DNA of 64,000 bases, taken from NCBI GenBank assembly GCA_964016885.1, contig OZ024744.1, positions 106,082,001 through 106,146,000 on the forward strand, read 5' to 3'. The notes under the pieces were generated by a model. The model saw only the letters and a list, made by a program, of their open reading frames with translations. It searched no databases and was not told where the DNA came from. Position 1 is the first letter of the stretch. The number at the start of each line of letters is the position of its first letter. Positions 38,748-50,597 of this stretch are shown here, piece after piece. The stretch comes from Eledone cirrhosa. Its lineage: Eukaryota. A program made the translations under genes and the position numbers.

Positions 38748-40205
38748 CTGCCCTTCATGGCTTTGGCAGGGCTTCATAAGGGTTCTCCATACTGCCCTTC
38801 CTGGATTTGGCAGGGCTTCATAAGGGTTCCCCATACTGCCCTTCATGGCGTTGGCAGGGCTTCATAAGGGTTCTCCATACTGCCCTTCATGGCTTTGGCA
38901 GGGCTTCATAAGGGTTCTCCATACTGCCCTTCATAGCTTTGGCAGGGCTTCATAAGGGTTCTCCATACTGCCCTTCATGGCTTTGGCAGGGCTTCATAAG
39001 GGTTCTCCATACTGCCCTTCATGGCTTTGGCAGGGCTTCATAAGGGTTCTCCATACTGCCCTTCATGGCTTTGGCAGGGCTTCATAAGGGTTCTCCATAC
39101 TGCCCTTCATGGCTTTGGCAGGGCTTCATAAGGGTTCTCCATACTGCCCTTCATGGCTTTGGCAGGGCTTCATAAGGGTTCTCCATACTGCCCTTCATGG
39201 CTTTGGCAGGGCTTCATAAGGGTTCTCCATACTGCCCTTCATGGCTTTGGCAGGGCTTCATAAGGGTTCTCCATACTGCCCTTCATGGCTTTGGCAGGGC
39301 TTCATAAGGGTTCTCCATACTGCCCTTCATGGCTTTGGCAGGGCTTCATAAGGGTTCTCCATATTGCCCTTCATGGCTTTGGCAGGGCTTCATAAGGGTT
39401 CTCCATATTGCCCTTCATGGCTTTGGCAGGGCTTCATAAGGGTTCTCCATATTGCCCTTCATGGCTTTGGCAGGGCTTCATAAGGGTTCTCCATACTGCC
39501 CTTCATGGCTTTGGCAGGGCTTCATAAGGGTTCTCCATACTGCCCTTCATGGCTTTGGCAGGGCTTCATAAGGGTTCTCCATACTGCCCTTCATGGCTTT
39601 GGCAGGGCTTCATAAGGGTTCTCCATATTGCCCTTCATGGCTTTGGCAGGGCTTCATAAGGGTTCTCCATATTGCCCTTCATGGCTTTGGCAGGGCTTCA
39701 TAAGGGTTCTCCATATTGCCCTTCATGGCTTTGGCAGGGCTTCATAAGGGTTCTCCATACTGCCCTTCATGGCTTTGGCAGGGCTTCATAAGGGTTCTCC
39801 ATACTGCCCTTCATGGCTTTGGCAGGGCTTCATAAGGGTTCTCCATACTGCCCTTCATGGCTTTGGCAGGGCTTCATAAGGGTTCTCCATATTGCCCTTC
39901 ATGGCTTTGGCAGGGCTTCATAAGGGTTCTCCATATTGCCCTTCATGGCTTTGGCAGGGCTTCATAAGGGTTCTCCATATTGCCCTTCATGGCTTTGGCA
40001 GGGCTTCATAAGGGTTCTCCATACTGCCCTTCATGGCTTTGGCAGGGCTTCATAAGGGTTCTCCATATTGCCCTTCATGGCTTTGGCAGGGCTTCATAAG
40101 GGTTCTCCATACTGCCCTTCATGGCTTTGGCAGGGCTTCATAAGGGTTCTCCATACTGCCCTTCATGGCTTTGGCAGGGCTTCATAAGGGTTCTCCATAC
40201 TGCCC
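38748..40205. repeat. Tandem minisatellite, 44-bp unit, about 33 copies, from the 3' end of a BovB-like RTE
   Basis: Unit CTGCCCTTCATGGCTTTGGCAGGGCTTCATAAGGGTTCTCCATA bounded by ACTGCCC direct repeats. Confidence 0.96.
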
Positions 40206-40453
40206 AGTCTTTCACTTGAGTCTGTCATTTGTTATGGACCAATTCTTTTCCACTTCATATTTTTTTTATAGTACCTTTGAATCTCAGTCAAACACCTCCC
40301 TTGGTTTCGTTTCCCCTGAACATAGCTGGGAGTAAAGGAAGGAGTTGTCTGGGGGAGTCTGCTGTTCTTCCTTCTGTGTACATGTTCCAACCATCATTAA
40401 CTTCTATCAATGAGGATCTCCATCAATATGCTGGAGGATCTCTTCATTTGCTG
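40206..40453 (-). mobile_element. BovB-like RTE 3' remnant
   Basis: NEEILQH, WLEHVHR..SRLP, LYSQL, QGKRNQGR, LRFK.TIK.NMK with frameshifts. Confidence 0.7.
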
Positions 40454-40509
40454 CTGAGAAAACAATTACAATGCAAAAATAAACAAACAAAAAAAGTTAA
40501 TGAATAAAA

Positions 40510-40720
40510 TAATTATTTCTATATTTGGTACAAGGCCAGCAATTATCCCAGTACATTACTGGTACTTTATTTTATTGACCCCGTAAAGATGAAAGGCAAA
40601 GGTATCCTTGGCAGGATTTGAACTCAGACAGCAAAGGGACGTAACTCTATGCTGCAAAGCATGGCGTCTGACCCTCTACTGATACTGCCAATTCACCGCC
40701 CTTTGCCAATCCACCACCCT
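40510..40720 (-). mobile_element. Nin-domain-type tRNA SINE
   Basis: Homologous to 35650-35843. Confidence 0.85.
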
Positions 40721-41254
40721 TGAAGAAAATAATAATTATGATCTTATATTGATTATACAAGCAACTCCATCTTTGAAGAGCAAGAAAAGTTAAGGACGGA
40801 ACATGTAGTAAGATATTTTATGAGCCAAAGATCTAGAAATCTCAACAATAATATATTAATTGTTCTGTATTTCTCTTCCAGTCAATAAAAGGAACCAGTT
40901 CTTTAGGGTGTTGGAATTACAACCATAAGGTCATGGGTTTAATTCCCAGATCAGCTGGCATATTGTGTCCTTGAACACTCAGCTGAAAAAATTAAGTACC
41001 AGCAGGTTTTGAGGTTAACCTTGTGATCTGAGGGTAAGTTTTGTACTCTCACTCATTTAACACCACATAAAACTAGGTTAAGACTCTAGATGTTGGGGGA
41101 TTTCTATGGTTTTATGCTGGCAACAACCCATAAAAATTTTCTTTTTATGTATGATGCACACTGTTAAACATTTGACAAACTACTACACTGCAAGATGCTT
41201 TTTAAAAAAAAATATGTTGTTGATCTGACATTTTGCAGCACCCCATACATCAAG

Positions 41255-41365
41255 GCACACAGTTTCTGTCTACCAGTTCCACTCACAGAGCTTGAGTCAA
41301 CCCAGAACTATAGTAGAAGACACAAGATATCATGCAGTGGGACTGAACACAAAACCATACAGCTA
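41255..41365 (-). mobile_element. Old octopus OR-type SINE fragment
   Basis: Minus strand GTTCAGTCCCACTGC...GTGTCTTCTACTATAG...TGTGAGTGGA. Confidence 0.5.
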
Positions 41366-41448
41366 TCCCTACATGTATATATATATATGTATATATATAT
41401 ACATATATAATAATAAATATACATATATAATAATATATACATATATAA

Positions 41449-41795
41449 TGGAGGCACATGGCTTAGTGGTTAGAGCATTGGCCTTGCAATCAAAAGGTTG
41501 TGAGTTCAATTCTCAGACCGGGTGATGTGTTGTTTCCTTGAGCAAGACACTTTATTTCACATTGCTCCAGTTTACTCAGCTGTAGAAATGAGATGATAGG
41601 GACTGGTGTCCCTATCATTCCACTGCAAAGTGGTCGTGGAGGTGTCACGGCAAAAAAGCACCCAGCACTCACTGTAAATGAGGTTGGTGTTAGGAAGGGC
41701 ATCCAGCTGTAGAAATCAAGCCAGAATCAGTTCCCGTCCCACCCTTGCAAGCAGGGAAAAAGCGGACGTTAAATGAAATGATGAAATGATGATAA
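41449..41795 (+). mobile_element. tRNA-derived SINE with CORE-like body and RTE-derived tail
   Basis: A box TGGCTTAGTGG, B box GAGTTCAATTC, CCTTGAGCAAGACACTT, tail shared with RTE 3' ends, (GAT)n. Confidence 0.9.
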
Positions 41796-42080
41796 TAATA
41801 ATAATACAAGCCTTCATTACATTTATTGGTTGGTGGTGCACGTTTCGTTATTGATCAGCTCAAAGTTTGATCTGTATCAATCTGGCCCAACTCTGGAATC
41901 AAAAGCTTGGTGTAATGACAGTCATTACAACAGCAGAGGTCTGACAAGCTTTTGATTCCAGAGTCAGGCCAGATTGATACAGATCAAACCTTGAGCTGAT
42001 CAATAGTGAAACACACATCACCAATCAATAAACATAATGAAGGCTTAACAAATCATCCTTGTATTATTATATTATTATAT
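41790..42080. repeat. Foldback (MITE-like) imperfect palindrome, about 290 bp
   Basis: AAGCCTTCATTA...GAATCAAAAGCTTG / CAAGCTTTTGATTC...TAATGAAGGCTT arms. Confidence 0.8.
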
Positions 42081-42129
42081 TACACTCTGTCTACCTCTAC
42101 ACCTCACCACTGACGTGAACCTAAATATC

Positions 42130-42436
42130 ATGTGCTCACCTGAAACTTCACATTACGCTGTATGGGAGTTTCCCAAAAGTCAGCTCAAAAGTGACACAGA
42201 GGAGACTGAGGTTAGCTGGACATGCTCACCGACATACAGAGTTGACATTGCACTCAGTGCTCCTGTGGGAGCCCCTACAGGGATACACTGAAAGAGGAAG
42301 ACCAAGGTTAACATATGTTGATGCCCTAAGGACAGACACTGGTCTGTTGGAGACGCAGGACATGGCAGCGATAGTGAGGGACAGAGACCGCTGGAGAGAA
42401 CTCGTCCATGGATCTCGGGAATTTTACCCGCCCTAG
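42130..42436 (+). mobile_element. 3' end of a different RTE/RTEX-like LINE (second copy 52710-52885)
   Basis: RRLRLAGHAHRH..LLWEP..RGRPRLTYVDAL..DTGL..DRDRWRELV, ends at a TA run. Confidence 0.75.
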
Positions 42437-42491
42437 ATATATATATATATATATGATAAAGAACACAAGAGCGTCTACAACATCAAAAGAT

Positions 42492-42551
42492 TTTTATTAG
42501 CTTACAATGTTTCTTCCTTACGTAACCGTAGGATTCGTCAGAGCTATAAAA
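42492..42551 (-). ncRNA. Type I minimal hammerhead ribozyme fold in a Penelope-pLTR-like fragment (about 42460-42800)
   Basis: TAGCT-CTGACGA-stem II (TCCT.ACG/CGT.AGGA)-GAAAC-ATT-GTA-AGCTA; AATAAA immediately 3'; A.A mismatch at the base of stem II. Confidence 0.6.
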
Positions 42552-42929
42552 GGGGTTTGATTGGTGTTATGGACTCTACCAACCAAACATTCAAGAACAA
42601 AAAGTAAAGAGAGTAAAGAGCAAAAGTAGGGGACGATAAGTCTAATTTTGGTGCGGAAGGGTTGGGTGTGGGTCCTTGTTGACTAGCTGTGGTCATATTC
42701 ATTCCCGGGAGTCGAGTGGTTAGTTGAGCCATAGATGGGGTGGCGTCGATAGTAGGGTGCAGAGGGTGTGCAGAGGCTACACACACACAAAGGGCATACA
42801 ATATATATATATATAACGGAGGAGAAGGTACATGAGGTAAATAGAAATGGGAAAAGAGTAATAATAATAATCTATAATTAATAATGTATAATAAGGCATG
42901 GGGAAGATTACACTATAATAAGGTATAAA

Positions 42930-43428
42930 ATATATATATAAAAGCGAGGATGTGTGTGTGTGGACAACTTTGGACAGCTAAGGCTTTTACAATTCCCAAC
43001 CGAATTTGACCAAATTTTCTGTGCACGTTGCACCTGTCGCTAAGATGGTCACATCACAAACATTTTTCGAATCGACCCATGTTGAGCAATAAAAAATCGA
43101 TAGCAAAATTATTTTTTCTAAAGTGCATGATGTAAGGTAGAAATCAATCAAAACAAAATCCTTATGGGACTTTCCATTTAAACTGTTGGGACCTACAACT
43201 TTTCAGCTGTAGTTTGCACATTTTTTTTGTCACTCGCGACAAAATTGTAGGTGTTTATTCTCTGCACTACAAGGTTCTTAAGCAAGCATCGATTTTTTTC
43301 TTAGTCACATGCCTGTATCAGTAAACCCATAAAAACTAAATCCTTATGGGATTTTGCATTCAATTTACTTCCTAGCTGTATATTTTTAGCATAATTGCAA
43401 ACCCTGGGCAACGCCTGGTAAATTTGCT
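42930..43428 (+). mobile_element. Non-autonomous Helitron-like element
   Basis: TATATAAAAG..(GT)n start; 3' hairpin CCCTGGGCAACGCCTGG..TTTGCTA similar to the end at 30093. Confidence 0.55.
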
Positions 43429-43446
43429 ATATATATATATATATAT

Positions 43447-43778
43447 AGTGGTTAGAGCATTGGCCTTGCAATCGAAAGGTTGTGAGTTCAGTTCTCAGAT
43501 CGGGTGATGTGTTGTTTCCTTGAGCAAGACACTTTATTTCACATTGCTCCAGTTTACTCAGCTGTAGAAATGAGATGATAGGGACTGGGGTCCCTATCAT
43601 TCCACTGTAAAGTGGTCGTGGAGGTGCCATGGCAAAAAAGCACCCAGCACTCACTGTAAATGAGGTTGGTGTTAGGAAGGGCATCCAGCTGTAGAAATCA
43701 AGCCAGAACCGGTTCCCGTCCCACCCTTGCAAGCAGGGAAAAAGCGGACGTAAAATGAAATGATGATGATGATGATGA
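43447..43778 (+). mobile_element. tRNA-derived SINE (same family as 41449)
   Basis: Near-identical to 41465-41790. Confidence 0.9.
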
Positions 43779-43870
43779 AATATATATGTATATGTATATC
43801 ACATTAAATTTTAGTGAGGAAAACTGTATTTATGGGAGTACAAACCAGAGAGACAAAAACAATATTTTAC

Positions 43871-43996
43871 CTATTCTCACTTATGCTGTATAAAGATTTC
43901 ACTACAATGGTTTCGTGTGCAGAAGAATTCTTATTGGAACCACCAATATTTGAAGAATCTGCAATACTCTTCAGGGGAGATCAAATTCTTCAAAAT
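43871..43996 (-). CDS. Putative exon E of minus-strand gene (contains TGA or a 1-nt frameshift)
   Basis: Acceptor TTTCTCTTAG|, donor AG|GTAAAA; phase 1 start matches exon D: (H)FEEFDLP*. Confidence 0.45.
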
Positions 43997-44048
43997 CTAA
44001 GAGAAATTGATCAAGAAATTATACATACTGTTTCATTTGCTGAGGCAG

Positions 44049-44392
44049 CATCATCATCATCATCATCATCATTTTACGTCCGCTTTTCTCTGCTTGCAAG
44101 GGTGGGACGGGTCTTATTCAGCACAGCATCTCTCCACTCGTCACGGTCCCTCGTCATCTCCACCGTGAGCTTCAATGATCTGAGGTCTGTTCTCACCACC
44201 TCCGCCCATGTTTTTCGTGGTCTACCTCTACCACGTCTTCCTTCAACTGGCAATTCCTGGCACTTCTTCACCCATCGGTCATCCTCCATGCGCATCACAT
44301 GTCCATACCACCTTAGTCTCCTCTCCCGTACACTACATTCTATCCCTCTCAGACAGTTTCTCTCTCAACACATTTATGCTGGGTCGTTCACG
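44049..44392 (-). mobile_element. RTE LINE 3' end (short-UTR family)
   Basis: ORF 44074-44298 MMRMEDD...GRGRPRKTW...KTRPTLASREKRT followed directly by the (GAT)n tail. Confidence 0.9.
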
Positions 44393-44772
44393 CAGCATGT
44401 TGAATAAAAAACAAAATTTGTTATCGCTCTAACATGGTGGATACATAAATGCATTCATGAGTGAATAATAATAATATTATTAATGTTCAGTTCATTTGCA
44501 AGCAAACAGCCTCATTATATATATTTGTATACACATGTGTATATATACTTGTGGGGGATTGGATATATATATATACACATACATACACACACATACATGC
44601 TTTAGTGCAATGGTTAATGTATATAATGTGTATTTTCTCTTATATCTAAGCTCATATGCTGATATGTAAAATTGCTAATATATAAATTAATGTATAAAAA
44701 TACAAGTTTTCCACTATTTTAATATAACAACTTTTGTGACATTTTTCTGAATATTTGATTTTGTAAATTTAA

Positions 44773-44994
44773 CCCTTTAGCATTTAAACCGGCCATATCT
44801 GGCCAGAATTCTCTCACTTCTTTCTGTTCAAACTGGCCGTATTTGGCCACTCATACTGATGTTAAGGTATTGTTCTCAAAATAAATAACATCAAAATCTT
44901 GTAGATTTGATATTATGTGAGATAATTATGTAAGATAAAGTCTTTACCACGAAAAAAACAATAGTAAATATAGAGTAATGTAAATGTTAAAGGG
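44773..44994 (+). mobile_element. piggyBac-type MITE
   Basis: TTAA flanks, CCCTTTAGCATTTA TIR, homologous to 25999-26219. Confidence 0.88.
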
Positions 44995-45060
44995 TTAAAA
45001 CAGTATAGTTGACTTATGTCATTGTGTGCATATTATAATAATTTTCAACTAGCATATATT

Positions 45061-48055
45061 CATTATCATCATCATCATCATCATCTTTACATCTGCTTAT
45101 CCATGCTTGCATGGGTTGGATGGCTCTTTTTCAGCACAGCATCTCTCCACTTGTCATGTTCCTTCTGTGAGTTTCAACAATTTGAAATCAGCTTCCATCA
45201 CTTCCAACCAGATTTTCCCTCAACTGGGATTTCCTGGCACTTCTTCACCATGTGCATCACATATCCATACCAACACAGTCCTCTCTTGCACATTACTTCT
45301 GGTTCCTCTTAAACCCAGTTTCTCCCTCAGTTTATTCAAGCTCTGCCTTACTCTCACATTAACATTGCACATTCATCGAAGCATGCTCGTTTCATTTCTC
45401 TCCAGCTACTGCCCATATCTCATTACCATACATCATCATACACACACGTCATACAATCTTTTCTTTGTAGGGAGAAACACTTTGGCTTTTCTAAGTTGAC
45501 TCTCAGATCTTTTGATTGTACATACTGTTTCTACAGGCAGAATTTATTCTCGGGTACCTCTAAAGATTCAGCTATAAGAACCAGATGATCAGCATACAGA
45601 AGTTCCCATGAACAGCCCATTTCAAACTCCGCTGTTATAGTCTGGAGAACTATGATGAACAGTAGTGAGCTAAGAACTGAACCCTAATGAACTCCTACCT
45701 GTATCTTGAATTCCTTACAAAACTCACTTCCTTCTTTCACATGGCTTGCACTGCTTTCACTAACCATTCATCATCATCATCGTTTTATAAAGCTTTTCCC
45801 TGCTTTCATCTAATTTTCTTAAGGACCACCAGGTAATAGATCGCAATACTCTGTCAAAGGCCGTTAATAGATCAACAAAAGCTAAATATAGTGACTTATT
45901 CTTAGCTAGGAACTTCTCTTGTAGTTACCTCACTAAGAAGAGGACATTTGTAGTACTTTTCCCAGGCATAAAACCAAATTGCATCTCATCTATTTTGACT
46001 CTTTCCCTAATTAGTTGTACTATAAGTCTTTCTGTCACTTTCATAACTTTGTCCATTAATTTTATTCCTCTGTAGTTGCTTCTTTCTAGAGCATCACCTT
46101 CACCCTTATAGCAATTTATGATTGTACTGCTGTACCAGTCATTAGGTATGACACCACCCTGTATTACCTGAGTGACTATGTAGGTGACAATTGTACTGCT
46201 GTACCAGTCATTGGGTATGACACTGTCATGTATTACCTGATTGACTATGTAGGTGACAATTGTACTGCTGTACCAGTCATTAGGTATGACACCACCCTGT
46301 ATTACCTGATTGACTATGTAGGTGACAATTGAACTGCTGTACCAGTCATTGGGTATGACACCACCCTCTATTACCTGATTGACATATACAGGTTACTAGT
46401 TTGACTCCTACTTCTCTCGATGCTTTTAGCATCTCAGCAACTATCTCTGATGATCCTGCAGATTTACCATCCTTCATCTCTTTGCTTGCTTCTTTGAACC
46501 TATAACTGTCGTTCTACTGGGTAAGTTCGGGATAGTTTCTCTCTCACTCATTTATTCTCTACATTCATCAATCTCTCATAACATTTCCAGGCCTCTGCTA
46601 AATAGACCTGTGTCATTTCTAACACATTTTTCCCCAACATCTCAATCCACACTGATACACTGACTTGCAATGTAGAACACCTCATGTCTCTAGATCTTCA
46701 CATTGCATGACATGAGCAAACTTTCTTTTTTTTAGCCTCTCTCCAAGCTCTATATACCTGTCACCTAGCTTCTGTCTTAGCAACCTGGTACCAGACTGTG
46801 CTACGACAATTTTTTTAGTCTTCCCACATCTGTCTCTTGGCTTTAATGGTTCTAGCTACTGTATTTCTCTATCACCAGGTGTCAACCTCTGTCTGGTTGG
46901 TGCTTTGTTCCATCCACATGTCTTTTGAGTAGTCTATAGTAGGTTATCATGCAGGAACTTCCAATTGTCCTTTATGTTATAATTATCTATCTCCTCTTCT
47001 CATATGCATCCAAAAGAAATTTCCTAAACCTATATTTAACAGAAATATCCTTTAGCTTCCATACCCTCTCCCCTCCACCTCCATATTTTCCTGCATATAT
47101 TGTTCTGTCTTGTGTTTATTCTGAAGTCATTAATAACTTGTGTTAGGCAGTACATTCTCCCCCAGGGAAGGACTTAGCATTTATTACTGTCTGTTTATCT
47201 CATTGTCTTACAAGTATTCAATCTGATTGTGTGTTTTTCTGGTTGATATGTGACCAGATGGCTGGCTGGCTGGTTTCCTGAAATTTGTGTGGCAAGTGGT
47301 TTGTTCATTTGTGTCACAGAATTCCAGAACCCTCTTCATATCTTGAGCCATAACCATAGCCACTGTGACCTCCATTGAATCTACCCTGGTACTGCTCTAC
47401 ATATCCATTGAAGTCACCTGCCAGGATGATGAGGTCTCTTTCATCAGTAACTGAGGTTGTCTGTAAAAGCTACTCATACAAACTGTACTTTTGTTCTCTA
47501 CTCAGTCCTACCTGTGGGACATAGGTAGATGTAATTGTCACCATTCTATTTCCTACAGATATTCTAAGCTTGATGACTCTGTCACTTACTCTAACTACTT
47601 CTATTACCTTATCTATCTAATTCTCAGTCAGTAAAATACCCACACTACCTACCCCATCATCATTTCTTACCCAGAAGAGCTTGTAACTTAGGAGTTTGGT
47701 TGAGGCACCCTTCCATCCCACTTCTTGTACACATAACACAACAAATTGTCTTCTCCACAACTACTCCAGATCTACATTTCAGAGTCCCTACATTAAGTGT
47801 GACAGCCCCGAGATGTCTTACCTGTGATTATGTTGTTCACAGGTAGATTGCAGTACCTGAAATGGAAAATGAGTGTGTGATTGCTTGATGATGGTCATGG
47901 GAGTCATTGCACATGGGTGGGTTATCCACCACACTACTGTGTGCAGCACTAACATGAATGAGTGCTAACGCTGTACACACTTACCTTTAATATTATCTGT
48001 TCTACTGGTCAGGTTTTTTTACAAATTTCTGGCTGGATGTCCTTCTTAACACCGC
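45061..48055 (-). mobile_element. Degraded near full-length RTE LINE with an internal 69-bp x4 tandem repeat (46121-46395)
   Basis: Colinear APE and RT motifs (GDFNGY, EMQFGF, YADHL), (CAT)n tail at 45061. Confidence 0.85.
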
Positions 48056-48194
48056 CACCACCATTTATATTACTGCATGCATAGTCCCATAAACCCTGAA
48101 GGGTTCGTAAGGACACCATAGTGGTCTCCAGCGTTTCTAGGGAATTTTAAGCCTGGTGGAGCCCATCCCTCTCCATGTCTGAGTACAGCAGATT

Positions 48195-49110
48195 TAAATA
48201 ATAATGAAATTATTGTGTACAGTGCTCAGGTGCACTACAACTCATCAAAGATGCATGTATAGTATGTAGAATAATTGTTTCTACTTTAGGCACAAGGCCA
48301 GCAATTACCCAGTGCATTACTGGTACTTTATTTTATCGACCCCGTAAGGATGAAAGGCAAAGTCAACCTCGGCGGGATTTGAACTCAGATCGTAAAGGGA
48401 CGTAACTATGCTGGAAAGCATGGTATAGTATGTAGAATAATGTGCAAATGTCAGGGAAGTGAATAGTATATGAGTCATGATATACATGTGTGCGTGATTT
48501 ACATGATATACATGTATGGAGGGGGAATATTAGGTGTGGTGTTGGTGAATTTCAGGAAGCATAGAGGATTAAAAGGATGCAGTGTCTCGACAGCTAACAA
48601 CTGATGCAGGTAGTTTGTTCCATGGAGGCCTTAAAGGATGCAGTGTCTCGACAGCTAATAACTGATGCAGGTAGTTTGTTCCATGCTTCAACAACTCTGA
48701 GCGTGAAAAAATGTTTCCAAAAGTCATGGGAGCTATGCTATTTTCTGACTTTGTTGGCATGTCCACGTGTGTTAGACACATGGAAATCAAAAAGGGTTGT
48801 TGTTGGCAAGATGGTTAATAATTTTGTGGGTGTTTACCAAGTCAGTTGCCAGACGTCGGAGCTTCAATGTATCCATGCCCAGAAAAGCAAGGCATTCAGA
48901 GTATGGTAGATGCCTGATGGAGGGTATTCGCTTGGTTGCACATCTCTGAACAGTTTCCAGGCGGTTAATGTTCTGAGCAAGACTGGTAATGCAAATTCTA
49001 AGTGTGGCCGCACCATAGCTATATACAGCTTTAAATAGATAGCTGGAGAACGGCTGACAAAGGTCTTACTGAGTGATGCTAAGACACCCTCGGCCTTCTT
49101 GACTATTTTA
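48195..49110 (-). mobile_element. CR1-clade LINE 3' end
   Basis: KAEGVLASLSKTF..LYIAMVRPHLEFA, LETVQR.ATKRIP, LKLRRL; about 60-bp duplication at 48565-48685. Confidence 0.85.
48276..48422 (-). mobile_element. 5'-truncated Nin-type SINE with 19-bp target duplication
   Basis: GTATAGTATGTAGAATAAT at 48257-48275 and 48423-48441. Confidence 0.9.
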
Positions 49111-49400
49111 GAGATTTCTTCCAGGGAAGGATAGAAAGTGAAGAGAAAGGAAATGAGAAAGATATATAGAGGAAGATTCGACCTCAATACTAGACTGGTA
49201 CTTTTTTTTTATTGACCTTAATTGGGTGAAAGGCAAAGTTGACCATGGCAGGATTTGAACTCGGAGAAAAGAGAGCCAAAACGAATAGTGCAATGCCTTC
49301 TATCCAACGCTCTAACGACTCTCCCAATCATTGCCTTATTTATATTACTAAATGTCTACAAATTCTTGATTATTTAAAAAAATCTTTGCAGGATACTTAC

Positions 49401-49536
49401 GTGGACTATTTTTTGTTTTATTTATATTAGATTGTGAAGGAAGAGTAAAATCTTTCGTAATTGTTAGTAAACACACCAGCAACGTGAAAGTCACAACGAT
49501 TAGAATTCTGTGACACAATGAACATTTTAAATGGTT
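49401..49536 (-). CDS. Exon D of minus-strand gene; encodes a transmembrane helix (NHLKCSLCHRILIVVTFTLLVCLLTITKDFTLPSQSNINKTKNSP)
   Basis: Acceptor TTATTACAG|, donor |GTAAGT, open frame, phase 0 start matches exon C end. Confidence 0.65.
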
Positions 49537-50250
49537 CTGTAATAATTATTTTGGGGAAAATATTAATCTCATAGGATATTATAATTCTTTATACTGTGAA
49601 GATTAAATGGAGATCCTATTAGAATAATTACAAAGACTTCAAAAACAACAACAAAAAAAAAAATGCTGTGCCAAGAATATGACGAAGAAAATAATTTACA
49701 AGACAACGCAATATCCCTCGAAGATTTCAAAATTTATTTTAACAAACAAAGGGAGGCCACTCGTATTATTGAAAGTTTCTGATAAATCCTTCTGGGGTCG
49801 ATAATATGAATAGGTGATAAGGTCGATATAATCCATTTTGTCCCTTCACATGAAAGTTGCTGGTCTTGTGCCTATATATATATATATAGAACTTGTTTTA
49901 ACGACTTGTAACTCCTTCATTTATTCACTTGCTTATCCCTGCTCTGCTTGAACAATATACTAAATATTAAACCTTCTTTAATATTTAACTCTGCTAACCC
50001 AAGCATTGAGCACACTCCACTTCAGCTATTGGCATTTAGTAATCTGTATCGCACTTCTCTGTATCTCACTATCTCCCCCTCTCCTACGATACTTATACCC
50101 TACTATTATCGTGCTCCTTATAGTAGAGCTCGACACGTTACTTGCCAGCATGTTGGAGAAGTAACGGTTACCAATGTAACTCAAGTCTATACTGTTACCA
50201 AGCAGAAAAACCTATCTCAAACAACTTAATTGTGATTGATATATATATAC

Positions 50251-50597
50251 TGGAGGCACATGGTTTAGTGGTTAGAGCATTGGGCTTGCAATCGAAAGGT
50301 TGTGAGTTCAATTCTCAGACCAGGTGATGTGTTGTTTCCTTGAGCAAGACACTTTATTTCACATTGCTCCAGTTTACTCAGCTGTAGAAATGAGATGATA
50401 GGGACTGGGGTCCATATCATTCCACTGCAAAGTGGTCGTGGAGGTGCCACGGCAAAAAAGCACCCAGCACTCACTGTAAATGAGGTTGGTGTTAGGAAGG
50501 GCATCCAGCTATAGAAATCAAGCCAGAATCAGTTCCCGTCCCACCCTTGCAAGCAGGGAAAAGTGGACGTAAAATGAAATGATGATGATGATGATGA
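50251..50597 (+). mobile_element. tRNA-derived SINE (same family as 41449)
   Basis: Near-identical sequence. Confidence 0.9.

Noticed and set aside
40400-40500. Strong-looking minus-strand acceptor (TTTTCTCAG) as a gene exon
   Set aside because: All frames stop quickly and the sequence is better explained as a BovB-like LINE remnant
41449-41520. tRNA gene
   Set aside because: A/B boxes belong to a multicopy SINE head continuing into a conserved body and LINE tail
41985-42015. CTGATCA...GAAAC as another hammerhead
   Set aside because: Core lacks G8 and no stem II can form
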